Origin: Octopus bimaculoides | Lineage: Eukaryota | DNA length: 32,129 bases | Reading direction: 5' to 3' | Assembly (NCBI RefSeq): GCF_001194135.2 | Contig: NC_068993.1 | Coordinates: 61,096,483 to 61,128,611 of the forward strand | Shown here: positions 24,790 to 32,129 of the stretch, in pieces | Numbering within the stretch: position 1 is the first letter of the stretch | How the letters are laid out: each line of letters opens with the position of its first letter | The notes under the pieces: model-generated | The model's input: the letters and a program-made list of their open reading frames with translations, nothing else | Told to the model about the DNA's origin: nothing | The model's database searches: none | Made by a program: the position numbers and the translations under genes

Positions 24790-24900
24790 GCAGAGTCGTT
24801 AGCATGCTAGATGACTAGCTTAGCGTCACATCTCTTCCGGCCTTTTAGGTTTTGAGTTCAAATTCCTCTAATGTCAGCTTTGCCAATTATCCTTTCAGGT
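24790..24900 (+). mobile_element. Old SINE 5' half
   Basis: 'gcagagtcgttagcatgc...gcttagcg...ttttgagttcaaattcc...ctttgcc..atcctttc' aligns to the head of the 21809-22023 copy. Confidence 0.65.
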
Positions 24901-25999
24901 TCTGTAAAATAAGAACCAGTAGCAGCAGCAGCGGCAGCAGTTCGAAATAGGAAAGGTTAACAGTAAACTGGGACGAACCAGAATAAAAGATTGCAAAGTA
25001 GAGCCAAAGTCTGTCGGTGAGTCTGTTTTCAATATGTCTAAGCTTTCAAATAAGTCGAGACAAATAGATTCTAAGTGTCTGATAAAGAAAACTAAAAGCA
25101 CAAGAGATGTAAGGTCAAGGTCTGTCGATGGGGGCTCTAACGAGAATATGGATGTTATATTTTAATGTCTCCAAAAGCCGAAGCTAATAAGTACTAATAC
25201 TACAAGAGAGTAAAAAAACACACCGAAGCAAAATGAGAAGGAAAATGATAAACTTCTTTTGAGGAATCAGGTGTCGTCTGCAAGAAAGAAATGGATGTTT
25301 GCAGAAGTAGTGTTATAATATAAATAATAATGTTTAATATAAACAGAGTGATTGGAAAAAATACATTAGCCAGATTTTTCAATGCGACTTGGCTTGATGT
25401 AACTGGGCTACTGGAAAAATATTTTCGAGTCATCGTTAACTGTAACATAGCCTTAAGTAGCAATGAATTGTAGGACATTGTGAGAGGAACAATTTTCTTA
25501 CACCATATTCACTAGATGTGTGGAAAAGGATTTCGTGAAATTTAATAGGGATATTTGTAACACAATATCAATACATGACCTATGTCTGTTTTATTACTTG
25601 TGTAAATTAATGTGGACAGTGAAAAGCTGGGCTAAACTAAAATAATTATTGCCAAAATTTACCAATATCAATTGATGAGGTAGCGGGGTTTTAACGAGGA
25701 CATAAAAATGTGCAGGATTTTTTTTGAGAGGTCACAACAAATAAGATTCGTGTCTGATAGAGGAAAACAAGACGAGAATGAAATTACTTACCCACTAACA
25801 AGGCCTTCAGGTATGAATGTTTGTATTTTTGTATTCATCAGTATTGCTGAATAGAAAAATGTTATTGCAACGATGATGTTTATTACTTTAGATGCGGTTG
25901 GACTCCTTTGTGCAATTAATTTTATTTCTAAAAAGATACAGAAAGGAGTGGAACAATTCGACTATTTTCAGATACTGTCCTGCTGGTAAAAACATTTGT

Positions 26000-26113
<114 letters not shown>

Positions 26114-27528
26114 GGTGCAAAAATATAACAAATGAATATAGAATGCATTAGATTTACGCTCACAAAATAGGAAAGAATAAGGAAATGCCTTTTATATTTC
26201 GAGTACAGACTCTTCTTCTGAAAGAAGAAAAAGAAATTGGATGACAAAAACGTACGTGCATACAACCGTCACGATGTGCTGAAATGACCGGAAGAGGAGG
26301 TGGAGGTCGTTTTAGTTGTTAGTAGTAAGGTTGTGGGGCAACTGTGAACCTGGCATATGTATCTCTGTACATTCATTTGAGTATGTATGAAGCTAATGTA
26401 TGCGTGTATATTGTGTGTGTGCACGTGTATGTATGCGTATGTATGTGTACGTATGTATGTGTACGTATGTATGTGTACGTTTGTTTGTACGTGAGCTTGT
26501 TTACTGTTTGCTTATATCTGTGTCTATGAGCCTGTTGTATGCGTCATACTAGGTATACGTGTTTGGGTGAGATAGAGGTGACATAGATATGCGTAGGAGT
26601 GTGGAAGTGTAGGTGTGTTTTACATTCTTGTTGCTGTGTGTATGCATATAGTTAGCACATTGGGCTGTAATTGAAGTCTGGGTCCTGATGTGCGTGAAAT
26701 AGATCATATGTATACGAGTATATGTGTGTATGTGTGGTAGCGAGTGTGTGTGTATACTATTGGATTTTTTGTTATACGGTGAAGTGTAGTTGGATATATT
26801 ATATTGTATGTGTTATTTTTAGGAGACCGCGGGAATGTACGAGGTGGGTGGTGCATGTATGTGTATACTAAGTGGAAACGGTGTGGTTAACTGAAAAGGG
26901 TTTGGTATTTTAAACCGTTATGGTTCGAAGTCGGGAAAGAAACAAAATTAATTCTTGCTCCCGACGGAGACTCGAGTTCGTGGGCCTTTGAACAAGGCTA
27001 GTCCGGCCACATATGTTGAAGGGTCAAACGGTCAGCCAGGCGTCAGTTTATGGTCATATATCAATGATCACAAACCCAGAGCCACCGAAAAAAAGAATGC
27101 TGTTTGTTATTCCATATCCGATAGGGTTCGGCAACAACCCCATTCTTTGTGTCGAGACGAACGTTCGTTCTCAGCTTCCAAATAACGATCGCACGGGTTT
27201 TCCAATGAGTTTTATACATAATGCATGTATAACAAATTTTTGGCTTTTCTTTTAATATTTTTATTTTCATTTCATTCTTATTTATTAATTTTGTGTTCGT
27301 GCGTGAGAGCAAATGAGAATGCGAACTTTAGCGCAATTTCTGTGGTCCGTGTGTGTTTCACAACACGTATATATGTGTGAGTTGAGGAACGTGTACGGAT
27401 GTGCGTGTATGAGTGAATGTGTGTGCGTGCATGCAGATGAGAACATTCCATCCGTTAGCACAGCTTCTATTGTTCGTGTGTGTTTTGTGTCTTTACGTGT
27501 GTGTGCGTGCGTGAGAGTATGAATATGT

Positions 27529-27573
<45 letters not shown>

Positions 27574-27749
27574 CGTGCGTAAGTGTCTATTTGTGTTTCA
27601 GTAATCTTGTGTGCTTGTGTGTGTGTGTATGCCTATGCCCCTATTATCCATATATATGTTTATGTGTTTGTAGCGATGAGCTGTGTGAATCTGCTGCTGA
27701 CAACCTTTTGATTGCAGTCAATGACCTGACCAAACAATCGTATTCTCCC

Positions 27750-28370
27750 TCTTTCTTAACCTGGACATTTCTTCCATTCAAAACCGCCTCCCTTGGTGCT
27801 TTATTTCTCTTTCTTCCCAACTCGCAATCTCCCAAATTTTCGTCTTCTCTTTGTTTCAACACTGTTTTATTTCTGGCCACTCTTATTTTCTATCGTTCTC
27901 TTCTGTTTCAACCATTAGCCATTGTTCATATCTGTTGATCAGGTTTCAGTCAGATATTGTCCGTGCATGCATAAATCCCAGGTTCTCCATTACTTAGATC
28001 GCTCACCTGGATATCAGCTAAAATAGATTTCCAATCACTCTCCCTCCCCAACTCCTTCGAATACATATCACTTCTCCTCCCAATCTTCGAACTCCCCCAA
28101 CTACCACCAACTCTTCGACTATATCCGTTTCTGCTTTATGGACATCTAACTCGTTTTACCCTTCTCGGAAGTCAACAACCTTAATGGCTTCAACGCCCAC
28201 AACACTTCTTGGTTCTCACAATCACACGGATGACCACGGTGCAGAAAACGAATTTTTCACAGCCCCTAATTTTGCACAAAAACCAATTTCATATTATTTC
28301 CCATGCATCTCTTGGGTCGTCGGAGCATTTTCATACTCGGATTGTCCATCACATATCCAGATACTACACA
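27750..28370 (+). mobile_element. Degraded LINE apurinic-like (APE) endonuclease remnant
   Basis: Plus-strand motifs in order with frameshifts: FLNLDISSIQNRL (27755, cf. xLNINSIxNK), ISGHSYF (cf. IPGY), GFNAHNT / LGSHNHTDDHG (28186-28240, cf. GDFNAHxxxWGSxxTDxxG), WVVGAFSYSDCPSHI (28313-28360, cf. WxVxxxxxxSDHxPI). Confidence 0.55.
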
Positions 28371-28650
28371 AAACAACCCACCCATTGGACACTAAAAGTT
28401 CAAATCAGCTGCTGCTTGTTCGGAGTTCTACTATACCTATAACAACTACATACATACGGCAATACTCATGCTTCATCTCAATCTATCAGAAACAACTAAA
28501 CGGGTGACTGAAAGCATCGTCAAAGAATAAGCTTCGCACAATCAAAATGCACAGCTTAAACTTATCTTTTGAGCTGGTTGGCTCTTCTGCTTTTTATCCC
28601 TTTGGGTCTCAAATTTGTAAAAGATCTCTTCAATTTTTTTTGTTGCAAAC

Positions 28651-28740
28651 ATGGCGTCGGTTTACACAATAGAGGTAGCAGGTGACTCACAAAGAAAGGT
28701 GCAGCACATGAAACGGGACGGAGAACGATTCTCAAGCGTT
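28651..28740 (+). CDS. Candidate first coding exon of an unidentified gene (MASVYTIEVAGDSQRKVQHMKRDGERFSSV)
   Basis: Strong start context aaacATGGCG at 28651, exactly 30 open codons, then a consensus donor GTGAGT at 28741 (phase 0). No homology recognised and no downstream exon confirmed. Confidence 0.3.
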
Positions 28741-28899
28741 GTGAGTTCAAAGTCCAAGTAATTATGCCACTGCTAGAGCAGCAAACGATAGAACAGGAAC
28801 AACAACTACTACTACCACCACCACCACCATCAATACTACTACTACTACATTGATAAAAGCATCAACAACAACAGCAGCAGCAGCAGCAACGGTTACTAA

Positions 28900-29060
28900 G
28901 ATGGCATTCTGCTCCTAGAAGGGGAGGTGTGTTTTCACTAGAGCGACTGTCGAATCCTTGCAGGAGTTTTAATAGCTCATCACCGGAGACGGCTACGAAA
29001 GTGCATGTAGAAATGGGTCCTTGCGATATATGGCAGGAGATCGAACACATATCAAGGTAG
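28900..29060 (-). mobile_element. Possible CR1/L2-type LINE remnant (pre-RT segment)
   Basis: The minus frame STCTFVAVSGDELLKLLQGFDSRSSENTPP resembles the 'FxxVSxxEVxKLxxxLxxxKSxGPDxIP' segment before LINE RT domains. This is a single short motif. Confidence 0.3.
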
Positions 29061-29544
29061 TTCAGTGGTGTCGAGGTTCTATTTAAGACCGAGACACTAG
29101 CAGTAAAACATTCAGTGGTCACTCGCCTTAATTATTTGGGAAGACGAGCAGTAAAAGTAACAATGACAGAGTTGCTTTCAGAATTAGATCTCTGGTGGAT
29201 ATTGGCATGTATAGTGTTGTAGGGAAGCGTTACATGACTGGATGTGAATAGAACGATGAAAAGCCTGAGCATATGGAAAGTATCCCAAACATCACATACA
29301 ACATACAATTTGAAGTCATCCATAGGCCAAAAATGGTTTACTATCCCCCTATGGAGTGTGTTCTTCTGGCTTAGCATATCAGTTAAAGGTTTTAACGCAA
29401 AATAAAAGGAGCTGAAAGATAATGTGGTTTGATTTTGTCCATTTGATACTTAGGTCGTTATCTGCAGAACATTTTTCATTTGCTTATTTACTTCGTTTGT
29501 ATATTATAACATGTATTAGTAGTAGTAGTAATTGTAATTATTAT

Positions 29545-30750
29545 TAGTTACTACTAATGCTTCCAGAATCCACGTTTATGGAATAATTTCTAAGCCACCT
29601 GGTAACCAACATATGCTATACTCAAACCCTTGTTCCTCATTCTACAGTCTTTGATTATGGCTTTATTGATCAGTAATTGATTCTTTGCAGCCATGCAACC
29701 TTAGCAACACCCTTATACTCTTCGAGAAGTTTGTTAATTCGTCCAAATATTTATTTTTCCTCGCGTTGTTATTGCAGAAAAGAGGTTATGAGTCATTAGG
29801 ATTTAATGTTTACTGATTTTTTAGTCATGGAAACGAAGATGGTTTTCTCTTCAGGTTTGTGTCTGATTCGTTGATATGAAGAATCTTGTTCGTGGTGATG
29901 ACTTCGGGAATCATAATTCTTCAACTTGCAGTTTTTGCTGCATTTAATTTCTATTTTCTTTTTACCAAGCTCTTGAAGCTAATACTGTCATTTTTCATAC
30001 CAACAGAATATGATTTAACGAAGATCCCTTTTTTCAGCCGTTCTTTGATTTCGGATTTTCTTTCTACGTTGTAGTTCAGTAGTGTTTGTCTCTACTCTCG
30101 TTCTCTTATTGAGTTCATTAAAGAGTGAGAGTCAAGTATCTCTTATTTTCTCTATCTTTCTCTGTATATTTCATCACTATTTTGTTTTCTTGGGTTTGGG
30201 TATACTTCCTCCTCTTCCTTCTCCTGTATATGTAGATCAAAGGGAGTAATCCCTGCTTTCTTTCGGAGCAACAATGGCAGCTACATGTACAATGTTAATT
30301 TGATTACATTGGCGTTCATGTTCGTTTTCATTAAGTCCTTCATAGCTTCGCCATTTTTATTGTTGTTGCTTCATTTTTGTAGCTTTTTTATTTTTGCTCA
30401 ACACATTCGTTGGTCCACAGGAATAGTTATTGCTTTAATTGTTTTCGCCTTACGATTGTCATGTTCATGTTTGCAGCTTTATAATCACCAATTCTTGAAT
30501 ATTCTTCATATTCCATTTTATTTATATTTTTGTTTGAGCTGTATAGGTTTCTCTTTTTTTTTTTAACCAATATTCCGCAGTTTTTCTGGAGTTTGGTTTC
30601 ATTATTGGTTTCGTTTTTGGCTTTGCATTCCATCTTTTTATTCGTGTTATTCCTATCCCTCAGGATATATTTCTCATAGTTTCTATGTTTATTACTTCTT
30701 ACTTGTATTTTCATTATGTATTCTTTCAATTCTTGTATTTTTATTCCTAA
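29545..30750 (-). mobile_element. Degraded Dong/R4-type LINE: N-terminal region through the first RT motifs
   Basis: Minus strand: NQINIVHVAAIV (~30300-30270, cf. NxLIYAAAxV), IPEVITT (29908-29891, cf. PEWLTxG), GCMAAKNQLLINKAIIKDCRMRNKGLSIAYVGYQVA (29700-29590, cf. GCKDQLLINKxILEDCxxxxKNLSMAWIDYxKA), then IP*TWILEAL (cf. VPHSWILExL). Confidence 0.8.
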
Positions 30751-31271
30751 TACTTTTTGACTTTGATGAAGTATCTTGGCTTGTTACTTAATCCGTGGAG
30801 GTTCAATATTATGTTCAGATCCGGGTTATTTGTTCTTCAAATTTTACACGAATGCATTACCGCAGTATAATCTACGCATACTTTCTTGGTCACTTTTTTT
30901 AGCAATCTTCATCATTTAGCCTCATCATTACCATCATATTACCATTCCAGTCGAGACAGACTTCACAATTCCTCTCCTGTGTTACCACGATAAGATTTCG
31001 CACACACACCCAGTTGCTGAAGGTGTCATTCAGATAGAAAAGCATACAGTTTTTCCTAGCAACCAATCAAGAACCTCCAATGATGCTAACTCAATTTTAA
31101 ACTAAAGCAGCACCCAGCAAATTGTATTATTTGTTTATAAAATGAGTGATTAAGTTCCATAAATTTTATTTAGCTTTAGAAGCGTTTACCCTGAAGGATT
31201 TTGCATCCTACGTGGAAACCGAATGTAAAAATCATTGAACAATGTTGAAGTCTCACAGAAAACATCCATAA

Positions 31272-31365
31272 CTCTCAGCCATAAAAGAAATGGCTCTAAG
31301 CTATAAAAGACATGGCTCTCAGCCATAAAAGAGAACTGGCTCAATGGCATCACAAAAGACGTTGG
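31272..31365. repeat. Minisatellite with a ~22-bp unit, three clear copies and one degenerate copy
   Basis: ctctcagccataaaagaaatgg / ctctaagctataaaagacatgg / ctctcagccataaaagagaactgg / ctcaatggcatcacaaaagacgttgg. Confidence 0.85.
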
Positions 31366-32065
31366 TTTTTAACGGATCGGCTTAAAACACATGTAGAATA
31401 TTTTTAAGAAATTTACATGCATAACGTGTTTATATTTTTAGATGAGAACGTGTTGAAAAGTTTATTTGCATGTACTCATGCGTATTTCCGCAATTATTTA
31501 TGTACATATGCGATTGCACATATTTAGTGCATGTTGTATACGACAGGTGCATGCATACATACGTGTGTGCACAGACACATGAGATGTGTATGGCAGCATT
31601 TTGGTTAAATTTGAGTCTCAGTGACATTGTTATGTGCACGTATGTGAATCTAATAATTCCGTCTTGGTCGTTAGTTTTCCTTACAGGGATCTACTCTGTC
31701 CCGGATTTGTGCAAAGTTCCCGGCTTATTGCTGAAGTCATATCGCACCAACACTAGATATGAGTTGTCAGAACAGAAGAGTAGATTCTGTTCGCCATCTT
31801 GTCACAGCTTTTCTTTTCTTTTTTCTTTTTCTTTTTTTTCTTTTTTAGTTTTCAATCCAAAATGGTTGACAAAACGGGGACGTCAGCACGCCTGGAAAAT
31901 TTTGGTTTAAGCTAATTGCTTTCAGCTGAGTGAATTAAATTACACACGTACACACACACACGACCATACATACACGCAAATATATGATGTGGTAATACAT
32001 GTATACACTATTCTATAAGCATATATACATACATGTGTATGTATGTATGCACGAATGTATATGCT

Positions 32066-32129
<64 letters not shown>
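32066..32129. repeat. (TG)n microsatellite to the window end
   Basis: Directly visible. Confidence 0.97.

Noticed and set aside
24899-25022. Possible exon between 'cctttcag' and GTGAGT
   Set aside because: There are stops in all frames, and the acceptor is part of a SINE.
31470-31910. 146-aa plus-strand ORF
   Set aside because: The N-terminal third is degenerate (TG/CA) repeat and the C-terminal part is a T-rich tract. No recognisable domain.

Overview
A eukaryotic, AT-rich, repeat-saturated window with no host protein-coding gene I can confidently identify. The SINE families, the Dong/R4-like LINE tail, the dense (CA)n/(TA)n/(GA)n/(GATA)n/(CATA)n arrays and the sized N-gaps suggest a draft short-read assembly of a coleoid cephalopod, most likely Octopus. 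This is an inference from remembered repeat sequences, not a database result. About 4.3 kb is N in nine gaps, almost all flanked by microsatellites, and nearly all long ORFs in the supplied track are artefacts of these repeats and gaps. Manual translation across stops and frameshifts shows several fossil transposons that the ORF track misses: (1) an RNase H-bearing I/Nimb-type LINE 3' region (~1750-3300, -); (2) a Penelope-like element with RT plus C-terminal GIY-YIG, motifs best matching the Naiad clade (~3400-5320, -); (3) a P-element/THAP9-like transposase C-terminus (~10300-11000, -); (4) two Dong/R4-type LINE pieces; (5) an APE endonuclease remnant. There are also a mariner-derived MITE, a 158-bp fold-back element, about eight SINE copies (two fused head-to-head into a hairpin) and one candidate first coding exon (28651-28740). 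I found no evidence for a new multi-gene biological system.
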